Below are positions 1-13,237 of a stretch of DNA of 64,000 nt, one piece after another. The DNA comes from Octopus vulgaris (Eukaryota). The notes under the pieces were generated by a model that ran no database searches, was not told the origin of the DNA, and saw nothing but the letters and a program-made list of their open reading frames with translations. The stretch covers positions 32,860,001 to 32,924,000 of the forward strand of contig OX597824.1 of assembly GCA_951406725.2 (NCBI GenBank), read 5' to 3'. Position numbers and translations under genes: made by a program. Each line of letters begins with the position of its first letter. Position 1 is the stretch's first letter.

Positions 1-800
1 AACGAAAGAGACCGTGTTTCGCAAGAGCCTGTGATTCAGCGGCAGTTATTAAAACTGGAGCAATCTTTCACTTTTAAGATGATTCACATATTGCCTACCA
101 CGAGAGCCAACCAAATTGAACTTGCTTTCGTCACTGAAGAACACATGCGACCAGTTGTCGCTTGTTCAAAGTATGTGCTCATTGGCAAAGACTAACTTCG
201 CTTTCCAGTTTTTCACACTGATGAGAGGTTTAGTGGCAGGAGAATGAGCATAAAGTCTGACTTCCTTCAAATGACAAGCCACAGTCTTCCGAGAGATATT
301 CATTCCGTAATCACGATTTACTTGGCGAGAAATTCCTGCTGCAGTATCTTGCGAAACACTTGTCTTCCATGGTCTCTTTCGTTTTTCTAATGACACAAAC
401 GAGCTTGTTTCCTCATAAAGCTTGAGTATTCATGAAACAATACTCTTTGATCTGTTAATATCTCTGGCTAGCAGAAATTGCCATTCCTTCTTTTTACAAA
501 CTGATCGCTCGCTTTCTGAGACTTACATCAACTTTACGTCGGCTTTCCATGTTTGTTAATTCCCTATTGTTCAATATAAATCTTTGCACTGTTAGGTCAA
601 CTTAGTTTACATTGATCGGAGTGTTGCCAGATTTTACTTTTTTGAATTTTACACCATACGTTCTCTAATTTTGTCCATCTTGTATAATTATAAACAGGGC
701 AAATTTTTAGCCATTTCTCTGTAGACTAAAAACCGACAAACAACCTTAATCGAAACTTATTGGATTCTCTATCAGAGAATCTGTATCATTCTGATAGTCT
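1..800 (-). mobile_element. Degenerate Tc1-like transposon (N-terminal half of transposase)
   Basis: Translation gives ...KPLISVKNWKAKLVFANEHIL*TSDNWSHVFFSDESKFNLVGSRGRQY, the Tc1 first-D motif. Contains stops and frameshifts; ATG near 550. Confidence 0.8.
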
Positions 801-862
<62 letters not shown>

Positions 863-939
863 CAAAGACTAACTAAAACATTGGAAACAAACTTGGACAT
901 CTCGGAAAAAAGTTATAAAAATGCTTTGGACAGGCAAAG

Positions 940-1198
940 GGTTAAATATTACTAAGTTTATTTTCAGGTTTCTTTTAAATTGAAGTATACAAGATTTTTT
1001 GTTGTTGTTATTTTTGTTTTTACATCAAATGTTGTGTATAAATAGCTCTAATTATAGCTTAACTATCTAAATAAAGGTAGATCTTCCGTTTGTGTTAGAT
1101 ATACTCTTTTAAACAGAACGAAATTGCATGTTAGTGTGGATAATAAGAATCCAATTACAATTCTTTCTGAAGCAATCACAACATATTTAGTGGTCTCC
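940..1198 (-). other. Candidate non-coding terminal (3' UTR) exon
   Basis: Minus-strand acceptor TTTTGTTCTTTGTTAGCTTGTGCAG|GGAG (AG at 1200-1199) and AATAAA at 962-957. Unique sequence downstream of all four ORFs. Confidence 0.35.
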
Positions 1199-1709
1199 CT
1201 GCACAAGCTAACAAAGAACAAAATACATATTTCTCTATTTAACATAGAAAGTATGGGTTTCTCTTTATCTTTTATCTTTCACTTGTTTCAGTCAGTAGAC
1301 CGCAGCCATGCTAGGGTGCCACCTTGAAGAATTTTAAATCGAACTTATCGACCCCAGAACTTATTATTTGTTGTAGAACCTGGTACTTATTCTATCGGTT
1401 TCTTTGCCGAAACGCTAAGTTACGGGGGACTTATAAATACACTAAAACCGATTGTCAAGTGATGGTGAGGGACAAACATATGCACAAAGACACACACACA
1501 CACACGAACGAACACACATCATATATATATGTGTGTGTATACCATAGGTTTCTTTTGCTTTCCGTCTACTAAATCCACCCATAAGGCTTTGGTCAACCTG
1601 AGGCTATAGTAGAAGACTCTTGTCCAAGGTTATACGCAGTGCGACTGAATCCGGAACCATGTAATTGGGAAGTAAATTTCTAAGCACACAGGCACGCCTG
1701 CACCTATAT

Positions 1710-3020
1710 TTCCAGGAAATTAGCTCTGTTGTAGGGATGACAATATTTAGACAGGATTGGAACTAAATGAGTCTATAGAGACAGAAAGCCTTAGTTTTTC
1801 AGAGGAAACTGCTGGAAATATAACTGCCTCCAAAAAGATAATTGTAAAACGGCTTAAAGATGTAGATTTTATCTGTAAATTATTTGCTACAACATCTCTG
1901 TTAATCCAGAAAATTTAAAGAAAAGTGGCATATGTTTTTTTACCAGGAATGGTAACTGAAATTCAGCAATGCTTTACAGAGTCTTCTGGAGCAATAAACC
2001 AAGATTGTTATGAATACTGTCTTTTAGTGAACATTGCCTTGTTTGATATTCTATGTTAATTGTATTTCAATGACTATGAAGCATAGAAATTTTGGAATCT
2101 TGATATGATTGATTGATTCTAGTTTCAGCTCACGAGCTGTGGCCATGCTGGGGCACCGCCATATTAACTATTTAAAAAAATATAATTTGAAAAACAGTGT
2201 CATGAATCTTTGGGGTAAAAACTGTTCGTATTGTGAAAATTTATCACATACATACATACATACCTACATACATACATACATACATACATACATACATACA
2301 TACATACATACATACATACATACATACATACATACATACATACGTAGGTTCGTACGTAGTGGAACTATAAAAATCAGTAAAACTATCCAGAAGCATGCAA
2401 CTACCTGCATGAGAATACATAAAACAAAATATGCAACCCTACACATACACACCTACAAAAATACCCGGTTGATATTGAAATTCCTATGAAGGAGCCTTGG
2501 ATCTCGGTTAGAAACCGGCTCTTTCTCTATTGGCATAAATCTTGAAATAAAACTGATATGGTGCAGTTCTTGGTGAAAAATCTGCAGTTCTTGGTGAAAA
2601 ATCAATTACTGCCTTGGAATTCATAAAATTGTTAGAGAGAGGACTACTTTTTCAAGCTAAGTTGCAATATTATTTCCTGGAGGAAAGAGTGCCAATGAAG
2701 TTTTATTTCAACAAGCAGGTGTTTTTTTTTTTTTTTTCTAAACAATAAACGGAACAAAAACAAAAATGCCTTTAGAAAAACTGCCTGTTAATTATATTTT
2801 AGTCAGATCAGAGACTGGATTTGAATCCTGTAGACAATAGTTGGAGTTGTACAGGGGACAAACTCGTGGGAAGTAAACTGACAAACTCTGATCAATTTTG
2901 GGAAGTTGTAAAACATGAATGGGACAACATTGACATTTATTGGTAGATGAAAATTATCATATATGTAAAAGTTTCTGCAAAAAAATTTTCACAATATTGA
3001 AGGAAAGATTTTCTTAAAAG
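1710..3020 (+). mobile_element. Highly degraded Tc1-like remnant, interrupted
   Basis: LDLNPVDNSW near 2813-2845 resembles SPDLNPIENLW, followed by QFWEVVKHEWDNI. Confidence 0.5.
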
Positions 3021-3420
3021 ATATTAACTATTTAAAAAAATATAATTTGAAAAACAGTGTCATGAATCTTTGGGGTAAAAACTGTTCGTATTGTGAAAAT
3101 TTATCACATACATACATACATACATACATACATACATACATACATACATACATACATACATACATACATACATACATACATACATACATACATACATACA
3201 TACATACGTAGGTTCGTTCGTAGTGGAACTGTAAAAATCAGTAAAACTATCCAGAAGCATGAAACTACCTGCATGAGAATACACAAAACAAAATATGCAA
3301 CCCTACACATACTCACCTACAAAAATACCCGGTTGATATTGAAATTCCTATGAAGGAGCCTTGGATCTCGGTTAGAAACCGGCTCTTTCTCTATTGGCAT
3401 AAATCTTGAAATAAAACTGA
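2161..3420. repeat. Direct duplication of about 395 bp (2161-2555 and 3022-3420) containing (TACA)n
   Basis: Near-identical blocks beginning atattaactatttaaaaaaatataatttg and ending cttgaaataaaactga. Confidence 0.9.
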
Positions 3421-3448
3421 ATAACGACACACATACATACATGCAAAC

Positions 3449-3479
<31 letters not shown>

Positions 3480-3628
3480 CATAGCACATATACAAGTTTA
3501 CTTATTTATAACGTGGGTGTGTGAGTGGTTCTAAGCATGTAGGTTAAATTTAAAAGTTAACATGAAGAATACTCAAAAAACAACGAACCTTTCTTAGCGT
3601 CTAAATTTCTTTGATTTTTATGTTTCTT

Positions 3629-3904
3629 TCATTGAGGGTGGAATACTGCTGAAGAATGTCCGATATATATATGGTGTTGGCTGTAATTTCCTCGTACTGG
3701 TTCCCACAGAAAAAGGTAATAGATGCCAAGAAAGAATGCAAGTCCAAAACCGATACTGAGATAAATGACAACCATAAACATTTTAAATGACAAAATTTGA
3801 AACGGGGAAACTGGTTTGGTATCTCCACCACCAGCAAGTTTTGGTGGCGAGGAAGATTTTCTTCGTGGGGCTTCAGGAACTGTCAGAGAAACCGAATCTG
3901 CCAT
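3629..3904 (-). CDS. InaF-motif-like small single-pass membrane protein, paralog A (91 aa)
   Basis: ATG at 3904 in gaaaATGg context. MADSVSLTVPEAPRRK...KMFMVVIYLSIGFGLAFFLGIYYLFLWEPVRGNYSQHHIYIGHSSAVFHPQ. The last 39 aa are 35/39 identical to paralog B, with mostly synonymous nucleotide changes. YYxFLWEP resembles the InaF motif end (YY..[LI]W.P). Confidence 0.85.
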   Translation of the reverse strand: MADSVSLTVPEAPRRKSSSPPKLAGGGDTKPVSPFQILSFKMFMVVIYLSIGFGLAFFLGIYYLFLWEPVRGNYSQHHIYIGHSSAVFHPQ

Positions 3905-4443
3905 TTTCAAAAAGAAATCTTTTAGCTCTTTTAACTAAAAGCTCCAGGTACCTCTGCTCGTAAAGCTATATCTGAAATGATTTCAGGAACTGTTTTTTCG
4001 GTATTGATTGAGAATCTCTAAGCTATTGCACGCCAATTATTCTAGATAAACACTATAAACCTCTATTATTACTCTTATTATCATAGAATTCCTTTATACG
4101 TATTGTAAATGAATCTACTTATATTAAGGCAATTATTTAATTTGTATAGCGTGACAAAATACGGTGAAGATTCGCTCTTGAAAAGTAGGTAAATTATTTG
4201 AAAATAAAGATTAAAAAGCCGATTATTGATAATACTTAATGTATACTAATCATTAAAAATTACTAGGCTGGGTTCTATAATGGGGTTGACTAAATTATTC
4301 GCACCAGATAGATTTCTCTCTATGACGTAAGAAGCTTTGCAAGTAAACTCCGCTAATCTGAACACATGTCTACTCTTATTGCATTGTTTTTACATTATTT
4401 TCTTTATTTATTCATTTATTTCATATATGCACGTGCAGACATA

Positions 4444-4563
<120 letters not shown>

Positions 4564-4765
4564 AATAAGAAAATGGCGGGGATCAATATGTGGTTCATCA
4601 ACTTTTAGACATTATGTTAACTTATTTATTTATTTACTAAAATGACAATTGCAAGAATATACATACATACATGTATAACATATGCTTTACATATAAAATA
4701 TATTAATATATAAGGATACCAGTCATTATTAAAAATATAACATACAGGAATATAAATTGGGAAAA

Positions 4766-4893
4766 ATATCTTACAGCTGTTTCAGCCAAGAGGCAAAAAT
4801 ACCTAATTCTACCTTTATTCCTCCAGTAGACTGAAGTAATAAGTAGATGAAATTGAGGTTCTTGGGTGTTTCTCTAGGCTTCGTCAGAGATTT
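4766..4893 (-). ncRNA. Type I hammerhead ribozyme-like motif (PLE-associated)
   Basis: atct-CTGACGA-agcc...(about 90 nt)...ggct-GAAA-cagctg-TA-agat. Helix I atct/agat, helix II agcc/ggct, palindromic helix III acagctgt. Confidence 0.6.
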
Positions 4894-5039
4894 TAGAAAG
4901 TACATAAGGTTAAGTTCTAAATAAATACGCACACATTCACAAACTTATACATAGACATATGCATTACATATATAAATATACATAAATACATATATATACA
5001 CTTGAATTTACATACATATTTACATTTGTAAGCTTGCAC

Positions 5040-5463
5040 AATAATCAATTATTATTAATAATATTAGATGTATTATATTATTCATATAAGACGCTTGTCT
5101 GTGACGTCCTGTTTTTGTTGTTATTATTATTATCATTATTGTTTTTACGTATTTTTGTATTCTTATTCGTGCTATCATTATTGTTTTTACGTATTTTTGT
5201 ATTTTTATTCGTGTAACATCGTCCGTTTTTCCGTCCTTGTTTTGTATACATTCGAGGCTTTCTTCCAAGGAATCTAATGCGCTTGGCTTAGATTTTCCTT
5301 TGGGGCTGGCCAGATCGGAGCAATCTCAAGATTAATCAGTCGAAATTGCGAAGATGATCCGGTTCTTGACTGAAGATTGAAGACTTCGAATGTCCCGTCC
5401 TTGTTTTTTGTATCGTCTTCTAAATGTTTCACGCTCTTGTCCCAGTTTGTATTTTTTTACATT

Positions 5464-5465
<2 letters not shown>
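5040..5465 (+). mobile_element. Non-autonomous repeat family, probably PLE-derived (also 11466-11650, 11990-12428, and 29480-29860 reversed)
   Basis: Shared core ggagcaatctcaagattaatcagccgaaattgc...gttcttgactga.ga.tga.ggcttcgaatgtcccgtcc, ending in (TA)n. Confidence 0.55.
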
Positions 5466-5519
<54 letters not shown>

Positions 5520-5659
5520 TATATATATAAATATATATCCATTTATATATACTACAATATATACATACATATATATTCTTTTATTCTTTTATTATTCTTT
5601 TACTTGTTTCAGTAATTTGACTGCGGCCATGCTGGAGCACCGCCTTTATGCAATGTGCT

Positions 5660-5769
5660 ATGCTTACTGCACCTAGGTTTCCCAAGCGGTCAGCCATCTA
5701 AGTTCTGACTAGGCTCGACGTTGCTTAACTTCGGTGATCAGACGAGAACCGGTGCTTTCAACGTGATAT
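5660..5769 (-). pseudogene. 5S rRNA-derived sequence (5'-truncated) fused to SINE tail
   Basis: Reverse complement ATATCACGTTGAAAGCACCGGTTCTCGTCTGATCACCGAAGTTAAGCAACGTCGAGCCTAGTCAGAACTTAGATGGCTGACCGCTTGGGAAACCTAGGTGCAGTAAGC matches invertebrate 5S rRNA minus the first ~10 nt. No oligo-T terminator. Confidence 0.85.
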
Positions 5770-5804
5770 ATATATTTATTTATTTATCTATATACGTTTA
5801 TATA

Positions 5805-5855
<51 letters not shown>

Positions 5856-6618
5856 CACGCGCGCGCACATACATACATACATACATACATACATACATAC
5901 ATACATACATACATACATACATACATACATACATACATACATACATACATACGTGTGTGTGTGTGTGTGTGTAATGCAGATTCTTATTCAGTTGTTTGCC
6001 ACCCCGTTCCAAGGTCAGTCCTGATCGAATGAACCTTCAAAGCATCCCCCCTCCGCCACAATTTTGTCTTTTTGTATACCTAGGACTACCTTATCCAATA
6101 CGTCCCTCCTTCTGCAAAACGGGGATTAGTGATTTGAGGGACATTTGTCTGTTACTTCTTTGTAATACAAATATCAACATAGCAAGCGGCGCTGACCTTT
6201 TGTAGAGAATATATTTAATAGTTATTTCTACAACAGGCACAAGGTCTGAAATTGGTGGGAAGGGACCACTAGATTACATCAACCCCAGTACTCAACTGGT
6301 ACTTATTTAGTTTAGTAACCACGTGGTTCTGAGTTCGATCCCTCTGCACGGCAACGTTTAGTTGACTAGTATTTTATGAATGAATTTTGGCAAATGAATA
6401 CTATGGCGAAGTTAATGGTGTGATATATAACTGAACCAAAAGCATGAACAAGGCAGTCAACAATGCATGCACGAGCTCGATGGATAGCTTGCGCAAAACC
6501 TATCTTCATTTAGGGAGGCAAACAATCCTGCACTTAAAGCAGGAATTCGGGCACAAATTCGAAACCTGTGTACTAAATGTATGACACCCCATTATCTTCA
6601 GTAATTTGGTATCTTATT

Positions 6619-7037
6619 ACCTATTTCTTTACTACCCACAAGGGGCTAAACATAGAGAGGACAAACAAGGACAGACAGACGGATTAAGTTGATTACATCG
6701 ACCCCAGTGCGCAACTGGTATTTAATTTATCGACCCCGAAAGGATGAAAGGCAAAGTCGACCTCGGCGGAAATTGAACTCAGAACGTAGCGGCAGACGAA
6801 ATACCTATTTCTTTACTACCCACAAGGGGCTAAGCACAGAGAGGACAAACAAGGACAGACAGACGGATTAAGTTGATTACATCGACCCCAGTGCGCAACT
6901 GGTATTTAATTTATCGACCCCGAAAGGATGAAAGGCAAAGTCGACCTCGGCGGAATTTGAACTCAGAACGTAGCGGCAGACGAAATACCGCTAAGCATTT
7001 CGCCCGGCGTGCTAATGTTTCTGCCAGCTCGCCGCCT
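6619..7037 (-). mobile_element. tRNA-derived SINE family B, head-to-tail dimer (other copies ~7720-7915, 8030-8230, 13680-13915, 17560-17955, 32695-32927, 44638-44855, 48228-48450, 52737-52990, 55755-56168)
   Basis: Consensus ggcggcgagctggcagaaacgttag...gagttcaaattcc (B-box)...gcctttcatcctttcggggtcgataaa (Meta-domain-like)...ccccttgtgggtagtaaagaaatag. Confidence 0.85.
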
Positions 7038-7049
7038 TATTACCCACGT

Positions 7050-7259
7050 CTTATTACCACGTCCCGGCTTAGGGTAAAAGAAAATACAGGATTCAGTTAA
7101 TTATGATTTTATTCAACATATTCTCTTCTCAAATTCACACACTTATTGCAACAGTCCTTCAGTTTTTCTAAACTGTAAAAAAAAACTTGGAAGGTTGGAC
7201 CTCCAACCAGGCCTTTCGCGACACCCTTAAAGCCAGGAACTTTTCAGCATCCTCTCGTA
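7050..7259. mobile_element. Mariner-type MITE fragment
   Basis: Terminus ccaggaacttttcagcatcctctcg|ta resembles a mariner TIR with a TA target. Confidence 0.45.
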
Positions 7260-9129
7260 CACACACACACAGAGGCAATTCTTCGGTATTTGTAGACGAC
7301 ATTATTCACCCACACAAACTTCCCTCATGATATAAAATGAGGGTGAATGAGATCTTTTTCTCACACCGACACTCTGGTCGAAGAATAAATAGATATTCCT
7401 TATCTTTCATGCGGTTCGGCCAAAAGCTGCGGTCATGCTGAGGCACCGCCAGTATCATCATTTTTTCAATGGCTATTCTATCGTGATTAGTTTTAGGTGA
7501 AAGAGGGCGTTTGATATTGCTGCACTCTTTTTACAGTTTCTTGCGGTGACGTAGGTTCATTTGGTATCCACCCCTGGAAGGAGGAAAGGCAAAGTCGATT
7601 TCAGCAGAATTTTTACCCAGAACGCAAAGAGTCGGAAGAAAACCGCTAAGCATTTTGTCTGAGGCACTAACGCTTCTTGCCGCCTTAGTGATATATTAAA
7701 ATCTTTTCAACTATAGGCAAAAGGTGTGAAATTTGGAGGAAGGGAGCTAGTCGATTACATCGATCCCACTGCTTGATTGGTACTTAATTTATCGATCCCG
7801 AAAAGATGAAAGGTAATGTCGACCTCGGCGGAATTTGAACTCAGAATGTAAAGGTGGACAAAATGCCGCTAAGCAATTATCCCGGCATGCTAACGACTAT
7901 GCCAGCTCGCCGCCTTTTTTTAGTAATATAATGAAAGCAAAATACTACTATATTGCTTTTGACATATTTGTTATAGATCTAAAAGAGAACGATCGCAATT
8001 GATTTACATATAAATATTTTGTCTATGTTAAGGCGGCGTGCTGGCAGAAACGTTAGCACGCCGGGCGAAATGCTTAGCAGTATTTCGTCTGCCGTTACGT
8101 TCTGAGTTCAAATTCCGCCGAGGTCGACTTTGCCTTTCATCCTTTCGGGGTCGATTAAATAAGTACCAGTTACGCACTGGAGTCGATGTTATCGGCTTAA
8201 TCCCTTTGTCTGTCTTTGCTTTTCCCCGCTATGAGCAGTAAAGAAGTAGAAAAGTTAGCACGCAGGGCGAAATGGTTAGCTGTATTTCATTTGTCTTTAC
8301 GTTCTCAGTTCAAATTCCGCCGAGGTCGTCTTTGTCTTTCCTCCTTTCGAGAACGATAAATTAAGTACCAGTTGCATACTGGAGTCAATCTAATCGACTG
8401 GCCTCCCTCCCCCAAAATATCGGGCCTTGTGCCTAGAGTAAAAAAGAATATTTTGTCTATGTTTAAGATGGCGAGTTGGCAGAGCGGTATTTCGTCAGTC
8501 TTTACGTTCTGAGTCAAATTCCACCGAGGCCGACTTTGCTTTTGATCCTTTCGGGTTCCATAAAATAAGCACCAGTTGTGCACTGGGGTCGATATAATCG
8601 ACTTATCCCCATCCCCCGAACATGCTGGGCTTGTGCCAAAATTTGAAACCAATATTTTAGCTATGTTGGGGAAAATAATTTCTCCAGGCAACCGTCAAAT
8701 TTGAAGAGGCTTAATTATAATAAAAACATTTTTGCTCCTCGAAAGTCTTTCAGAATTCCTTTCAGTATAGTGAGGAAGTCACACAAACGAAATAGTGAAG
8801 GGATTCAAAGTGGGCTGCTAGAAATAGCAGCCAAACCTAGACGTCTCTCAAATGACACTCTATATTTTTTTTTCAAATAGGCAATGGATATGCTCTTTTA
8901 CTCTTTTACTTGTTTCAGTTATTTGTCTGTGGCCATGCAGGAGCACCGCCTTTAGTCGAACAAATCGACCCCAGGACTTATTCTTTGGAAGCCTAGTTCT
9001 TATTTTATCGGTCTCTTTTGCTGAACCGTTAAGTTACGGGGACGTAAACACACCAGCATCGGTTGTCAAGCGATGTTGGGAGGACAAACACAGACACACA
9101 AACATACACACACATACATATATATATAT

Positions 9130-9258
<129 letters not shown>

Positions 9259-9378
9259 CGTGATCACTGTGACCGACCAGACTATCAGATGTTGCAACAA
9301 ATCGCTGGTCACAATGCGCTTTGCATTGTTTTAGCCTTCAAATGACGCCACCCCGCTGGCTAAGCGAGCAGGCCAACA

Positions 9379-9457
9379 GAAGAAGAAGAAGAAGAAGAAG
9401 AAGAAGAAGAAGAAGAAGAAGAAGAAGAAGAAGAAGAAGAAGAAGAAGAAGAAGAAG
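9379..9457. repeat. (GAA)n microsatellite at the junction of a SINE family C 3' fragment (9256-9380, minus)
   Basis: Pure GAA array. The flank matches the 3' end of the element at 43784-44097. Confidence 0.9.
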
Positions 9458-10396
9458 ACACTACACAAACATATGTCAAATGTAAATATGAGTGAGGAAA
9501 CGCTATCTTTGGCAAACGTTCCTTCGATATTGTACATTTTGCTGAAAGAGCTAAAGCCAGATATGATTTTGTGCCCCAGACAGGTTACAGCCTGTCACAG
9601 TTTATTTGAGAGACGGGCGAGAGGAGAAGAGTAACTTACTTCTCTTTTTGCTAAGACCACGGGGCCTTTTTGCATTCCATCTAAAGAAGCCCTGGTAACA
9701 GCTCTAGCAGATACTTTCAGTGAAATCATTATTAGGAGAGGGAGAGCACGTGACACCATATGTGTGAGCTTTAAAACAGGATTTGGCTTAAGCGCAGTTC
9801 GAATTTAATCCGTGACACACTAACCCATAGATTAGTTCAATAATATTTAGGAAGTAGGGAGACATGGCTCACCGTCAAGGACATTGGTGAAGACAACAAC
9901 CCTTGAATAATGTTCACTTTCGTAGCACCACAACGGAACGCAGTCAGTGCCAGAGTAAATTTTGGTTTAAAGGATATATGCAGAGGGGAAAGCCTTAAAA
10001 TTCAGCATCGAAAGGCAGAGGGTTCAGTGACTAAATACGTACCAGTAAGAGCAAATGGTGGTTTAAATTGCACAGAAAGCCTTCAAAAACAACTGCAGTA
10101 GCAGCAACAGCAATTGCACTATCACCACTAACAACAACAATAAATCATGGCGATTGACGGTTATACGGCAACATCAGATATAACTGTTGAATTACTCTTT
10201 ACTCTTTTAGTTGTTTCAGTCATTTGACTGCGGCCATGCTGGAGCACCGCCTTTACTCGAGCAAATCGACCCCAGGACTTATTCTTTGTAAGCCTAGTAC
10301 TTATTCTATCGGTCTCTTTTGCCGAACCGCTAGGTTACGGAGCCGTAAACACACCAGCATCGGTTGTTAAGCGATGTTTGGAGGACAAACACACGC

Positions 10397-10448
<52 letters not shown>

Positions 10449-11127
10449 CTCAACTTGTGTGTCTGTGTGTGTATCTGTGTGTGTGTCTGTGTGTTTAACT
10501 TCCCGGTACATCTCCTAGCCAACAAATCGTAGAACTACCAAAAATGGGTCACTTAAAGTTTAGGCGAATGAAAATTGAACTGCGCTATTTCTGTTCCGAA
10601 ATTCATCTCGCAAGTGCAAAAATCGATAATGTGTTTGTTTAGGCCTTATCCCATGCATTGAATAGTGAACTTTACTCAGTCAGCAGTTCGTGCAAGCATG
10701 TGTAAATTGCATGAAAAATAAAAAATCAAGATATAAAAACGAATCGCCGTAAACATTGTAGTAATTCGGCAAATAAATGAATTTTCGGGATGTAGCCTGG
10801 AGGGCTTTTTCGTATTAATCGTTTGGACTTTGTGAACACATACCAATTGTTTTCATAACACTTTTAACGCTTAGAATTAAATGTGACCATTTTGCCTTGA
10901 GTCTGCAGTTTGAATCACTTTAACCAAATTTTAGCAGGCCGGATTTTTGATCATCCGATACATCGCCAGCGACTCCCTGAAACTCTCCCCTGAAATCCCC
11001 GTTGAGAAATCTATATATATAAAACTCAACTTGTGTGTCTGTGTGTGTATCTGTGTGTGTGTCTGTGTGTTTAACTTTTGGATCTACCAAGTTTCATTAT
11101 TAAGGATGGAAAGTAGTGTGTAGCAAA

Positions 11128-11467
11128 TCTATATATATAAAACTGAAGTTGTCTGTGTGTGGCAGGTTTGGTAGCCTTCAACTAACACTATCTCTTTCGA
11201 GACCCTGCAGCGCAAGTTGACCAAAATTGAGAGTATGATAGAAGAAGGCTTGCTCTTCATTCTGTAGAAGATAAAATTCAAATCGGACCATGTTAACACC
11301 AAAATCCCTATTTTTTACGATTTTTGACTGCTGTGTCACCATTTTTCGGTGTATTTCAACTGGGAAAATGTTCACTTGAAGAGAATAACAAGTTGCATAA
11401 TGCAAAATTTTTACTTTTCAAAAATTCCAATTCTAAAGGGTCGAAACAAACCCAAGCAACTGCTTAG
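11128..11467 (+). mobile_element. Helitron-like non-autonomous element (further 5' ends at ~10440 and 11010)
   Basis: 5' a|TCTATATATATAAAACT start, repeated three times in this region. The 3' part has acccaagcaac, similar to the Helitron subterminal motif. Confidence 0.45.
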
Positions 11468-12423
11468 ATTTCCCGTGGCGGGCTGGCCATATCGGAGCAA
11501 TCTCAAGATTAATCAGCCGAAATTGCTAAGATGATCTGGTTCTTGACTGATGACTGAGGGCTTCGAATGTCCCGTCCTGTGGTTCTTGTGTCGTCTCTGT
11601 GGCGTTTCATGTTCTTGTCCATGTCTGTAATTATTTTTACTGTTTACCTATATAATCGGCGGCTACGTATCCACAATTGTCCTTATACGATAAGTATATT
11701 TTTTTCTCAAGCATTGATACGACTCTTAATCTTTCTTTCTCTCTCTCTCTCCTCCCTTATTCCCCCTCCTTTCTTTCCCTCTCCATCCGTTTCCCCCCCT
11801 TCTACGTTTCTCTATCTCTCTCACCTCCAGCCCCCTCGATCTGTCTCTTTCTTCTCCTCCCTCGTCCACCTTCTCTCTCTTTTCATCTGTCCCTTTCTCT
11901 TGTCTTTTGTTCTCACGTGACCGCTAGCCGCTGTTGAACGCTCTTTTCGTTCCAGCAGCCGTTGAAGCAACACGTACTTGTTCGTCTCCCTGTGGACATT
12001 AGGCACAACTTCATAAGCCAGCCCCATGCTCAATTCGTCCTGTCGAAAGACCCTTGTCCTACGTCCTGGTTTTGTTTTGTTGTTTATTTTTTATACTTTA
12101 TTTTTACCGTTATTGTTTTTACGTTTTTGTATTCTTATTGTTGTCACGTATTCTGTATTTTTGTTCGTGTACTTCGTTCGTTTTCCGTCCTCGTGTTGTA
12201 TACATTCGAAGCTTTCTTCCAGGGGATCTAATGCACTTGGCTTAGATTTCCGTGGCGGGCTGGCCATATCGGAGCAATCTCAAGATTAATCAGCCGAAAT
12301 TGCTAAGATGATCTGGTTCTTGACTGATGACTGAGGGCTTCGAATGTCCCGTCCTGTGGTTCTTGTGTCGTCTCTGTGGCGTTTCATGTTCTTGTCCATG
12401 TCTGTAATTATTTTTACTGTTTA

Positions 12424-12485
<62 letters not shown>

Positions 12486-12839
12486 TACGACGGGTTTCTT
12501 TCAGTTTCCGTCTACCAAATCCACTCACAAGGCTTTGGTCGGCCCGACGCTATAGTATAAGACACTTGCCCAAGGTGCCACGCAGTGGGACTGAACCGAC
12601 TCACAACTGGCGAAGACAATGTAAGTTATCTACGGCAGTAGCAGCAACAACGACAACAACAACAACAGCGAGAACCATATGACCAAGCAAGACCAGAGCA
12701 GAAGCCAATAGTCATAGACATTCCTTTCAAAAGAAAAAAACAGAGAAAGGTACGCCATGTATGAGGTAATTACCATCGGTGTGTCCGAAGCTACCTTTGA
12801 TTTACGAATACTTGCCGATAACTTTTTTTTTTTTTTTTA

Positions 12840-13237
12840 TTAGTTTCAGTCATTTGACTGTGGCCATGCTGGAGCACCGCCTTTAATCGAGCAACTCGAC
12901 CCCGGGACTTATTCTTTTGTAAGCCCAGTACTTATTCTATCGATCTCTTTTGCCGAACCGCTAAGTAACGGGGACATAAACACACCAGCATCGGTTGTCA
13001 AGGAATGCTAGGGGGACAAACACAGACTCATAAACACACACACGGATATATATATATATATATATACATACATACGACGGGCTTCCTTCAGTTTCCGTCT
13101 ACCAAATCCACTCACAAGGCTTTGGTCGGCCCGAGGCTATAGCAGAAGACACTTGCCCAAGGTGCCACGCAGTGGGACTGAACCCGGAACCATGTGGTTG
13201 ATAAACAAGCTACTTACCACACAGCCACTCCTGCGCC
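12840..13237 (-). mobile_element. tRNA-derived SINE family A, full length (other copies ~1265-1705, 8895-9120, 10193-10400, 27322-27483, 28565-28742, 29150-29340, 30250-30670, 31681-32110, 37639-38030, 59708-60108, 61342-61740)
   Basis: Head ggcgcaggagtggctgtgtggtaag...ggttccgggttcagtccc (A/B boxes), CORE-like ccttgggcaag, internal (TA)(TG) microsatellite, and tail ...gactgaaacaagtaaaagagtaa. Confidence 0.9.

Noticed and set aside
1063-1245. 60-aa hydrophobic ORF as a fifth InaF-like paralog
   Set aside because: It lacks YYxFxWxP. The ORF spans the candidate acceptor and is better read as intron plus UTR.
3950-4360. Photoreceptor-type homeodomain (TAAT/ATTA, RCSI-like) sites upstream of the micro-ORFs
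   Set aside because: TAAT/ATTA words are expected by chance in DNA this AT-rich, and I saw no clear conserved palindromic site across all four genes.
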